Source of the DNA: an uncultured Actinomycetota bacterium | GTDB lineage: Bacteria; Actinomycetota; Actinomycetes; JAFAQI01 | Length of the DNA stretch: 64,000 nucleotides | Assembly: GCA_963770565.1 (NCBI GenBank) | Contig: CAVYQE010000011.1 | Location: 544,001 to 608,000, forward strand | Reading direction: 5' to 3' | Part shown: positions 30,004-39,358 of the stretch, piece by piece | How positions within the stretch are numbered: position 1 is the stretch's first letter | Layout of the letters: each line of letters opens with the position of its first letter | Translations under genes and position numbers: made by a program | The notes under the pieces: model-generated | Told to the model about the DNA's origin: nothing | Seen by the model: only the letters and a program-made list of their open reading frames with translations | Database searches by the model: none

Positions 30004-30051
30004 GTTCGCGAGCCGTTGTGCGTGCCTCGCTACTGCTGACGGCTCACGAAC
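30004..30051. repeat. REP-like family A palindrome (48 bp)
   Basis: GTTCGCGAGCCGTT-N20-GACGGCTCACGAAC; contains the stop of the 30044-31060 gene. Confidence 0.75.
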
Positions 30052-31060
30052 TCGAGCCGATGCCCGTCCGGTGGGCGCCGGCGTGGATGGCCAGACGGAG
30101 TGCGCCGAGCACCAGCGCCTGTGCAGCGAAGCCGAGTAGGCCACTCCATTGGTAGCGGACGAACACGAAGACCTGGGTGAAGAGCAAGGTCACCAACGCC
30201 GAGCGGTACAGCACCCGCATCGCTTCCTGGATCCGCCCGCGCTGCATGAACCAGATGCCGACCGCGGCGTAGGCACCGGATACCGCGGTCGAGATCTCGG
30301 CGCCGAGGTCGGTCACGTGTGACCCGCGACCGAGGCCGATGTCCGGCCGCAAGATCACCAGCAGCAGCTGGGCGACCATCCCGATGACCTGGAGGACGAC
30401 GAGCACTCGCAAACCCGGGACGAACGCCGGGTGGTCGACCGCCTTTCGGGCGAGGACGAGTAGTCGCTCGCGCACCCGGGTGGCGCGGGTCAGCGGGCGG
30501 ATGTTGGCGCTGTCAGCGCCGGTGAGGCAGTTGCGGATGCCGGTGGCGAGCGGGCTCGGGGCGGCGTCGTCGAGCAGACCGAGGGCGTACTGCTGGCCGG
30601 CGCTGTCGAGCTGGCCGAGGGCCAGGTCTCCGGCTGCGGCTGCGGCGATCGCCAGCCGGCGGGGATCGGTCATCGGCCGCCGGAGCGCCAGCTCCCGGAC
30701 AACGACATAGAACAGCACGAAGACCGCGTAGATGATGGCCACCGCTGGCCGGAAGAAGTAGTTGACGTCCTTGGTCAGAAACTTGCCGACCTCGTCGATG
30801 AACAAGCCGAAGCCGATGCCGCCAATGAAGGCCGCATGCACCCTGGCCCTCGTGCCAGGGGCGATCTCCACGGTCACGATCGCGGCGCCCATCAGCAGTC
30901 CGCCATACAACACGTGCGCGACGTGCAGGCCGTTGCCGCCCACCTGCGGATAGCCGGTGGCGGCCAGAGCGGACCGTACGACGAGGACGGTCGCGACCGC
31001 GGTCCCGAGGAACAGCTCGAAGCGAGCCAGCGCCTGGGAGTCGCGAAGGTCGTGTCGCAT
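30044..31060 (-). CDS. Conserved multi-TM membrane protein
   Basis: GYPQVGGNGLHVAHVLYGG, GIGFGLFIDEVGKFLT.D.NYFF motifs; multiple TM helices. Confidence 0.8.
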   Translation of the reverse strand: MRHDLRDSQALARFELFLGTAVATVLVVRSALAATGYPQVGGNGLHVAHVLYGGLLMGAAIVTVEIAPGTRARVHAAFIGGIGFGLFIDEVGKFLTKDVNYFFRPAVAIIYAVFVLFYVVVRELALRRPMTDPRRLAIAAAAAGDLALGQLDSAGQQYALGLLDDAAPSPLATGIRNCLTGADSANIRPLTRATRVRERLLVLARKAVDHPAFVPGLRVLVVLQVIGMVAQLLLVILRPDIGLGRGSHVTDLGAEISTAVSGAYAAVGIWFMQRGRIQEAMRVLYRSALVTLLFTQVFVFVRYQWSGLLGFAAQALVLGALRLAIHAGAHRTGIGSSS

Positions 31061-31106
31061 GACGCGACCGTAACGAACGTCGAGCCGATCCGAGCGCGAT
31101 CAGCGC

Positions 31107-32192
31107 TTAGAAGACCACCACGGAACGCAGCACGTCACCTTTGTGCATCTTGTCGAAGGCAGCCTCGACGTCGTTGATGCCGATGGTCTCCGAGACGAAC
31201 TTCTCCAGCGGCAGCCGACCGGACAGGTGCAGGTCGACCAGCATCGGGAAGTCGCGGCTCGGCAGGCAGTCGCCGTACCAGGAGGACTTCTGCGACCCGC
31301 CGCGGCCGAAGATGTCGATGAGCGGCAGCTCGATCGTCATGTCCGGTGTCGGTACGCCGACGAGGACGACGCGCCCGGCCAGGTCGCGGGCGTAGAACGC
31401 GGCCTTGTAGGTGTCGGGGCGCCCGACCGCCTCGATCACGACGTCGGTGCCGAGCCCGTCCGTGATCGCGTGGACTCCTTCGACGATGTCGGTGGTGCGC
31501 GAGTTGACCGTGTGAGTGGCGCCGAATCCCTTCGCCCACTCGAGCTTGCGGTCGTCGATGTCGACCGCGATGACGGTGCGGGCACCGGCGATCGACGCGC
31601 CCAAGATTGCCGCGTCACCGACGCCGCCGCACCCGATGACGGTCACGGTCTCGCCGCGGCGAACCGCAGCGGTGTTCAGCGCGGCACCGAGCCCGGCCAT
31701 CACGCCGCACCCCAGCAGTCCGGCCACCTCGGGACGGGCCGCCGCGTTGACCTTCGTGCACTGGCCGGCTGCGACCAACGTCTTGGTCGCGAACGCGCCG
31801 ATCCCGAGCGCGGGGGACAGCGGCGTACCGTCGGTCAGGGTCATCCGCTGCGTGGCGTTGTGGGTGGCGAAGCAGTACCAGGGCTCGCCGCGCGAGCAGG
31901 CCCGGCATTGGCCGCACACGGCCCGCCAGTTCAGGATCACGAAGTCGCCAGGCGCGACGTCGGTGACGCCCTCGCCCACCGCGGACACCACGCCGGCCGC
32001 CTCGTGCCCGAGCAGGAACGGGAACTCGTCGTTGATCCCGCCCTCGCGGTAGTGCAGGTCGGTGTGGCAGACGCCGCACGCCTTGACGTCGACGAGCGCC
32101 TCGCCCGGCCCCGGGTCCGGGACCACGATCGTCGTGACCTCGACCGGGTCACCCTTGCTTCGCGCGATGACGCCTTGGACCTCGGTGGGCAT
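31107..32192 (-). CDS. mscR: S-(hydroxymethyl)mycothiol dehydrogenase
   Basis: 361 aa; [44 protein letters not shown]. Confidence 0.95.
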   Translation of the reverse strand: MPTEVQGVIARSKGDPVEVTTIVVPDPGPGEALVDVKACGVCHTDLHYREGGINDEFPFLLGHEAAGVVSAVGEGVTDVAPGDFVILNWRAVCGQCRACSRGEPWYCFATHNATQRMTLTDGTPLSPALGIGAFATKTLVAAGQCTKVNAAARPEVAGLLGCGVMAGLGAALNTAAVRRGETVTVIGCGGVGDAAILGASIAGARTVIAVDIDDRKLEWAKGFGATHTVNSRTTDIVEGVHAITDGLGTDVVIEAVGRPDTYKAAFYARDLAGRVVLVGVPTPDMTIELPLIDIFGRGGSQKSSWYGDCLPSRDFPMLVDLHLSGRLPLEKFVSETIGINDVEAAFDKMHKGDVLRSVVVF

Positions 32193-32270
32193 TGATCTGG
32201 ATCCTCTCGTCGGGTTGGGCCGGGCCGAGCGATCGTACGCCGCGCGCGCTTGCGGCGGTACTGTCCGGGG

Positions 32271-32618
32271 GTGGTGTCGAGCGACCCTGGCGAGCACGCG
32301 GGCGGCGACGGAAGTCTCGGTGAGATTCGCCGGGTCGACCCGGCGTCGTACGACGCGGCCGCAGCGCTGCTGAAGGCGCTGGTCGCGCCGATCCGGCTGG
32401 CCCTGGTCGACCTGCTCTCGGAGGGTCCGCGCTGCGTCCACGAGCTGGTCGCCGCCCTCGACGCATCGCAGCCACTGGTCTCCCAGCATCTGAAGGTCTT
32501 GCGCAGCGCCGGCCTGGTCGCGACCAACCGTCGAGGCCGGGAGGTGGTCTACCGGCTCGCCGACGACCACGTCGCTCATGTCGTGCGGGACACCGTGGCG
32601 CACGCCGGCGAGGTCTAG
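32271..32618 (+). CDS. ArsR/SmtB family metalloregulator
   Basis: [21 protein letters not shown]; C-terminal DDHVAH alpha5 site. Confidence 0.9.
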   Translation: MVSSDPGEHAGGDGSLGEIRRVDPASYDAAAALLKALVAPIRLALVDLLSEGPRCVHELVAALDASQPLVSQHLKVLRSAGLVATNRRGREVVYRLADDHVAHVVRDTVAHAGEV

Positions 32619-32716
32619 GAGCAACTGACCCTAGGCCATCGGCGGGGTCGGAGCGGTGCAGCCTTCCAGCCCGTCCCGCCGAACTGAGCAGTTGCGGTAA
32701 CCGACGCTCTCGATCG

Positions 32717-32764
32717 GTTCGTGAGCCGCTGGCGGTGCCGGGGTACCCGTAACGGCTCACGAAC
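32717..32764. repeat. REP-like family A palindrome (48 bp)
   Basis: GTTCGTGAGCCG...CGGCTCACGAAC; 32711-32773 reverse-complements to 39142-39204 at 52/63 nt. Confidence 0.8.
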
Positions 32765-32925
32765 CACGCAGAGGGGAGCCGTTCTTCTACGTCGCGTCCG
32801 CCACCTATCGCCGTCGTGTAATGACGGCGACAACGCAGCGGCGCACCGACAGGATGTGTCGACCGAGCGGGCGCTGGGCGTCGCCCACCGCCGGATAGTC
32901 ATGCAGCTGGGCGCATAGTGTCGCT

Positions 32926-32970
32926 GCCGTTCATACCGTTCATGCCGTTCATGCCGTTCATGCCGCTCAG
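32926..32970. repeat. 9-bp tandem repeat (GCCGTTCAT, about 5 units)
   Basis: Direct reading; first four units near-perfect. Confidence 0.8.
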
Positions 32971-33094
32971 CAGCGCCACGCAACTGGCCTTCTGTTCGAT
33001 TTCGGCGGGCCGGCTTCGGCTCCCGAACCCGGGTCACACGGTCCGCGGTGTGCGGCACGGGCGCGGTCGCGGCAGTAGTGGCCTCCTACGTACG

Positions 33095-33870
33095 TCAGGC
33101 ATCTCGTACCCGCAGCAGTACGCCGCCGAGCAGCAATGCGCCCGCGGCCCAGGCGGCGAGCACGCCGAGGCCCGCCCACGGACTGAGCGGCATGCCGGCG
33201 AGATTGGTGGTGGCCTCGACGGCCTGTCCGGCGGTCATCGGCCCGATCTGCTCCAGGTGCCGGTGCCAGGTCGGGGTCGCTGACCATCGAGGCGAGGATC
33301 GGTAAGAGATACAGCAGCCCGAGGACGAGGCCGGTCGCAGTTGCGGCGTCACGGACAGCGGTCGCGATGCCCAGGCCGAGCAGCCCGATGAGGACGAGGT
33401 AGAGCACCGCGCCGACGGCCGCGCGCACCGTCGTCGCATCGGTCACGTCGACCAACGCATAGCCGTGCGCCGGCGTGAGGCCGGCGCCGGGCAGCAGCAG
33501 CCGGGCAAGGAGCAGGCAACCGAGCACAGCGAGCCCCCCGGTCGCCAGCACGATGCCGCTGAGCAGCGCGGCCTTACCCGCCAGCACCGCGAGCCGTCGC
33601 GGCATCGCGAGCAGCGTGGTGCGGATCATGCCGGTGGTGTACTCGCCGGCGACGACCATCACTCCTAGCCCCGCGACGGCGACCTGGCCGACATCGATTC
33701 CGGTTAGTCCGAGGCGTACCGGATCCTGTCCGGATCCGGGGGCGACGTGCACGGTCGCGGCGACGAGCGCGCTGACCCCGACGGTGAGGCCGATCACCGT
33801 CAACGCCAGCGACGCGGGGGCCGGTCGTGGTGCGCAGCTTGGTCCACTCGGCGTGCAGCACCCGCCTCAC
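33095..33870 (-). CDS. ABC-2 type permease (frameshifted as assembled)
   Basis: VLHAEWTKLRT start, AGEYTTGMIRTTLLAMPRR, C-terminal LLRVRDA split across frames. Confidence 0.8.
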
Positions 33871-35450
33871 GCGTCGCGCCTGCGCAGCAGCCATCCGGCG
33901 GCGCCGAGCGCGAGGAGGGTCCAGCCGCACAACACCGCGAAGCCGGCCCAGGGCGCAAGCGGGTAGTACCCGTTGACCGGGAGGTAGGAGTTCGCCACCT
34001 GGTGGTAGCGGGTGAGGCTCTGCTGGACGGCGAAGCCCGCCGCGGGGGTGACCCGCAACAGCCAGCTCCCGATCGATCCGGACAGTGTGAGCGCCAAGAC
34101 GTACGGCACAACCGTTGTCGCGACGACGGCAATGACCGCAGGCGGAGCTCCGCCGGGTGAGGGTCGCCACTGCGAGTGCGAGCGCCGAGGTGACCGCGAT
34201 CAACCCGCCGATGCCCACGACCACACGGAGCTCGGTCAAACCGCTGAGCGGAAACAGCGCGTTGCCGTTCTTCGACAGCACGTGACGGCTGACGGCAGTG
34301 GCGACGACCGCGCCGATCACTGCCGGGACGAACGTCGCCGCGGCGAGGACCAGAGCTTTCGCGGCGAGGACGCGGCCGCGATGCGGCGTCGCGGTGAAGG
34401 TGGTGCGGATCAGGCCACGGCGGTACTCCGAGGTCATGAACAGCGCGCCGAGGATCGCCACCACGATCAGCGCGGCGAACGCCCCGACGAGCCCGAGTGT
34501 CGCAGGTCCACCGCTGGCGCCGTTGCCTGCGACGGCGGGGGCGATGTCGCCGGAGCCGCCGACGGTGTAGCCGGTGGCGGTGCGCTGGAAGTGCCCGCGG
34601 GCGAGGGTCTGGTAGCCCGGGCCGCCTCCGATGGTTGGTTCCGACCCAGGTGGGCCCGTGGACGGAGCGTCGACGGAGACATGGTCGAACCCGGCGGTCG
34701 CGTATGTCGAATGACCGGGTCCGAACCCGTTGTGCGAGGTGACCGGTGAGGTGACGAACAGACCGACCTGTACGGTCGCCGGCAAATCGTGCAGCCGCGC
34801 GGTGGAGACCGTCGTCCAGTGCACGCCGTCGGTGGAGTCTGACCCGGTGATGATGTCGCCGGATCGGGTCAGCCGCAGCCATCGCGGAGAGGTTGCCGAG
34901 ACCGCCCCGGGCATCCCGGCGGTGTCATGGGTGTAGTCGCTCTGCATCCGCACGCCGTTCCCGCCGGTGGCCATGACCGCGGCGTACTGCGTTCCTTGCT
35001 TCAGGCTCGGGGTGACCAGCAGGCCGGCCTTCGCCCATGTCGCCAGACCGGCGCGGCTCATCGGAGAACGGGTTGGTGCCGGCGCGCCACCGCGTTGCCT
35101 TCGGTCGAGACCGCGCCGGTCAGCGCCGTGACCCGCGTGGTGATCGTGGCGTCGCCGGTCAGCGGCTGGTGGACGAAGTAGTAGCTGTCCGCGACCGCCT
35201 CCCCATCCGGTCCGACCGGCAGCGGCGGCTCGCCGTGGCAGTTGCCGGGGGGCGGACCGGTGCACACGCCGGCGTGGATGCCCGTTGGAGGTCAGCCAGG
35301 AGAACAGTACGAGTACCAATGCGGCGAGGACCGCAGTCACCATCCAGGATCGGACGGTACGGAGCTTCGTCCACTCTGCCCTGCACCAGTTGCGGGAAGC
35401 CGGTCCGGGCGTGGCGGGCCGGCTGCATACGCCGGCACCCCGGCGCTCAT
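33867..35450 (-). CDS. ABC-2 type permease with inserted ConA-like (DUF1349-type) extracellular domain (frameshifted)
   Basis: AEWTKLRT; YFVHQPLTGD.TIT.RV, WAKAGL, WLRLTRSG, VQVGLFVTS; TSEYRRGLIRTT; LLRRRDA. Confidence 0.8.
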
Positions 35451-36390
35451 CAGGCGCCGTCGGTCGGCTCGGCGTGGAACTCCACCGCGTCGCGGGTCAG
35501 CGCGCAGGTAGGCCTCCTCGAGGCTGGCGCGATGCGCGGAGATCTCGGAGAATGTCACGAGCCTGCTGCGGCGAGCACCGCGACCATCCGCTCGGCGCTC
35601 AGCCCGGTCACGCTGAGCGCGTCGGGACCCGCAGCGGTCACGGTCGCCCCGGCGCCGGTGAGCACTGCTGGTCGCGTCGGTGGCGGCGGTCGTGCGCAGC
35701 ATCACTCGGTCGCCGGAGACGGTGGCCACGAGACGCATCGACGCGTTGTGTCGGCGAGGATCCGGCCGCGCCCGATGACGATCAGGTGGTGGGCGACGTC
35801 TTCCAGTTCGCTCATCAGGTGGCTTGAGATCGAGCACCGCGCGACCGCGCGCGGCGAGCGAGCGCAGGAAGCCGCGCATCCAGACGATGCCCTCCGGGTC
35901 CATGCCGTTGAACGGCTCGTCCATCAGCAGCACCGGCGGGTCGCCGAGCATCGCCGCAGCGATCCCCAGGCGCTGCCGCATGCCGAGGGAGTAGCCACCG
36001 GCCTTTCGCCGCGCGGCCGTCCCGAGCCCGACGAGGTCGACGACCTCGTCGACCCGGCTCGGCCGGCAAACCGTGCGAGTGCGCCAGCCACAGCAGGTGG
36101 TTGCGGCCGCTGCGGTTGGGCTGCACCGCACCCGCGTCGAGCAGCGCACCGACCTCGCACAGCGGCTCCGGAAGCTCCGCGAAGCGGCGCCTGCCGACCA
36201 GGGCGGTGCCGGCCGTCGACCGCGTCGAGGCCGAGGATCACCCGCATCGTCGTCGACTTCCCCGCGCCGTTCGGGCCCACGAACCCGGTGATCTCACCGC
36301 CGCGACACGGTGAACGACACGTCGTCCAGCGCGACGGTCGCGCCGTACCGCTTGCGCAGGCCCGCTACCTCGATGGTGGCGCGCTTCCAT
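35450..36390 (-). CDS. ABC transporter ATP-binding protein, BcrA-like (frameshifted)
   Basis: AAGGAG RBS; [34 protein letters not shown] in different frames. Confidence 0.82.
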
Positions 36391-36444
36391 GCGTCGATCT
36401 CCTTACCGTCCGGTGCTGATCACCGACGGTTGTACGGGACGGGC

Positions 36445-36486
36445 GGTGTCAGCACGGTGACAGACTACTGACACCACGCTGACACC
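36445..36486. promoter_or_regulatory. Symmetric four-box operator in divergent promoter
   Basis: GGTGTCAG (36445), GGTGACAG (36456), CTGACACC (36468), CTGACACC (36479); 11-bp period within each pair. Confidence 0.7.
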
Positions 36487-36528
36487 GCGGCGCCTGGCAT
36501 CGTGGTGCGGGTCGGAGGTCGGTTGCCC

Positions 36529-37198
36529 ATGCGAGTGCTGGTGGTTGAGGACTTCGAAGTGCTCGCGCAATCGATCGCGACTGGCTTGCGGAACGAGGGC
36601 ATGGCGGTGGACGTCACCCTCGACGGGCGACAGACGCACTCGAGCATCTCGGCGTGACGCGCTACGACGTCGTGGTACTCGACCGCGACCTGCCCGGCGT
36701 GCATGGCGACGAGATCTGCCAGCAAGTGGCCGCGACCGCGACGACGTGCCGGATCCTGATGCTGACCGCATCCGGCACATTGCAGGACCGGGTTGACGGG
36801 CTCGGAACTCGGAGCGGACGACTACCTGCCGAAGCCCTTCGACTTCCCCGAGCTTGTGGCGCGGGTGCGTGCGCTGGGCCGGCGCAGCGCGCCGGCGCTG
36901 CCTCCGGTGTTGCGCGGCGGATGACGTGACGCTCGACCCGAGCCGGCGCGATCGCCGACCCGTGGCGGGCGGCGACTCGATCTGAGCCCGAAGGAGTTCG
37001 CCGTCCTTGAATACCTGCTGTCCTGCGAGGGTCGGGCCGTCTCCGCGGAGGAGCTCCTCGAGCGGGTGTGGGATGAGGACGGCGGACCCGTTCACGACGA
37101 CGGTGAAGACAACCATCCGGCGGCTGCGGGCAAAGCTCGGCGAGCCGCCGATCATCGCGACGGTGCGGGAAGCCGGCTACCGGATCGGCGAGCGGTGA
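36529..37198 (+). CDS. OmpR family (VanR/CutR-like) response regulator (frameshifted)
   Basis: [51 protein letters not shown] across frames. Confidence 0.85.
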
Positions 37199-38370
37199 GG
37201 AGGCTCCCCGACGCTGTCCGGGCGCTCTACCGTGCCCGGGCACACCGTGCGGGCCCGGCTCGCGATGCTCTACTCCGGCGTGTTCTTCGTCTCGGGGCTC
37301 GTACTGCTCGCGATCCCCGCAGGATTCGTCCGGGTCGGATCGACATCGCAGGCGGCAGCCGTCCCTGCCAACGGTGCGCCATCGTCACCGGGCGATGTCA
37401 GTCGCGACCTCGCAGCACAGCACCGACCTGCACTACCTCGTCGTCGGCTCGGTCGTGGCGCTGGCGGTGCTAGTCGTCGGTCTCCGCGATCCTCGGCTGG
37501 GTGCTCGCAGGCCGAGCGCTGCGGCCGTTGCGCACGATCACCGAGACCGCCCGCGACATCTCCGCCAGCAACCTGCATCGCCGGCTGGCGCTGGCCGGGC
37601 CGGACGACGAGTTCAAGGAGCTCGGGGAAACCCTCGACGAGCTCTTCGCACGGCTGGAAGGGTCGTTCGACTCGCAACGACGGTTCGTCGCCAACGCCAG
37701 TCACGAGCTGCGCACGCCGCTGACCGCCGAGCGCACGGTGCTCCAGGTGGCGCTCGCCGACCCGGGTGTCGACGTGGGCACGTTGCGCGCCGCGTGCGAG
37801 AAGGTGCTCGCTCTCGGCGAACAGCAGGAGCGCCTGATCGACGCGCTGCTCACGCTTGCGGCGACCGAGCGAGGGCTCGAGCGACGTGAGCCGTGCGAAC
37901 TGGCCGACCTCGCCGCGTCCGTGCTCGCACGTCGTCGCAGCGAGATCGACGCCCACGCCCTGCAGGTCGAGGCGACGTTCGCCTCAGCACCGGTCGCCGG
38001 CGACCGACGCCTGCTGGAGAGCCTGGTCAACAACGTTGTCGACAACGCGATCCGGCACAACCGAAGCGGCGGCCGGATCCAGATCGCGATCTCGACCGTC
38101 GACGGACACGCCAGGCTGTCACTCGCCAACACCGGAGCGGACATCCCGGCCGAAGATCTCAGCCGGCTGTTCCAGCCCTTCCAGCGCCTGGCCGCAGACC
38201 GTACCCGATCAGTAGAGGGGCATGGGCTCGGCCTCGCCATCGTGCAGGCGATCGTCGACGCGCACGGTGCGACGCTTCACGCCATCCCTCGACCGGAGGG
38301 CGGTCTCGAGGTCACGATCGACTTCGCCACTGGCCATCCTGACGTCGCGCTTCGTCAGCGTTACCCCTGA
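37195..38370 (+). CDS. HAMP-HisKA sensor kinase, VanS/CutS-like (5' frameshifted)
   Basis: TVRARLA.LY; HAMP; FVANASHELRTPL; DNAIRHN; GHGLGLAIV. Confidence 0.88.
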
Positions 38371-38656
38371 AGGTGGCAATCGTCACCCGGTCGTCGCAGA
38401 TCCGGCATTAGTTCACGCTCGCCGACGTTACGTCCGACCGCGTCGTGCTCAGCACCCTTGCATAACCATGCGCTGGTGACTGCCATCGACACGGCCGGAG
38501 TGCCGAAGCCGCACGGCCGTTTGCAGGCCGATAGGCCGTCGTGCTGGCGCAGTTACATGTCGCCTTGCGACGGCAGAGCGGCGACGAGGAGGTGCCGTCA
38601 TTCGACAGGTGACGACCATTGCCCGAACGATGAAAATAGCATCACTTCTGCGTCGG

Positions 38657-39097
38657 CTACCTGGCGCGTCGGCGATGGTGAACACAGCTGATCTCGGAGT
38701 CCATCGCAGCGCCGGTCTTCTCGTTCGACACGTTGACGATCATCCGGATTCGACCCTGCTCGTTGACGACTGACGGCCCGTAGCCACCAGCGCAATCGCC
38801 TGCGACCGGCGGGTTGAACACGGTGCGTACCACCTTGACGAGCAGCCCCGGGTGGACGTTCGCCTCGCCGGTCAGACCCGGGTTGCGGTTGTTCAACTCC
38901 CGGTAGGTCATGACCGTGGTGGTGACTACCGTCGGACGAGGGCGCGGTGAACTCGATGGTGCCGTCGGCGCGACCGTGCTGCCGTGCTGAGCCGCCGCAT
39001 GCGGAGCCGACCCGCCACCCGAGCAGCCGACGGACAGACTCAACGCAGCGAGGACGGCCAAGCCGCGAACCACCCCGCCCCTTGGACGCCTAGGCAT
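38657..39097 (-). CDS. Putative lipoprotein
   Basis: Lipobox LSVGC after a hydrophobic stretch; P/T linker; 3' end may be frameshifted. Confidence 0.6.
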   Translation of the reverse strand: MPRRPRGGVVRGLAVLAALSLSVGCSGGGSAPHAAAQHGSTVAPTAPSSSPRPRPTVVTTTVMTYRELNNRNPGLTGEANVHPGLLVKVVRTVFNPPVAGDCAGGYGPSVVNEQGRIRMIVNVSNEKTGAAMDSEISCVHHRRRAR

Positions 39098-39150
39098 ATC
39101 GACAGGTTTCCATATATTCGCAGGGCCGACCGGAACGTCGGCTCTGCGTG

Positions 39151-39198
39151 GTTCGTGAGCTGTTACGAGTAGCCCGGTACTGCTAACGGTTCACAAAC
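39151..39198. repeat. REP-like family A palindrome (48 bp)
   Basis: GTTCGTGAGCTGTT-N20-AACGGTTCACAAAC. Confidence 0.8.
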
Positions 39199-39257
39199 CA
39201 TTCGGGAGTGCGGGTTCGGCGCGGTTCGCCGGTGCGGCTCAGGAGGGCAGTCCTAGA

Positions 39258-39358
39258 GCGTGGGGCTATGACCCCACCGATGGGCCATGCGTGGGGCTAT
39301 GACCCCACCGATGGGCCATGCGTGGGGCTATGACCCCACCGATGGGCCATGCGTGGGG
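39258..39358. repeat. 31-bp tandem REP-like repeat x3.25 (family B)
   Basis: GCGTGGGGCTATGACCCCACCGATGGGCCAT, identical units, no spacers; internal GTGGGG/CCCCAC stem. Confidence 0.92.

Noticed and set aside
39190-39215. c-di-GMP-I riboswitch suggested by AAACCATTCG..GAGTG
   Set aside because: Lacks GGCAAAC start, GNRA loop and GACGCAAAG; explained by the end of a family A repeat
39258-39358. CRISPR array (31-bp palindromic repeats)
   Set aside because: Units are contiguous with no unique spacers, no cas genes are present, and the same unit recurs at 55695
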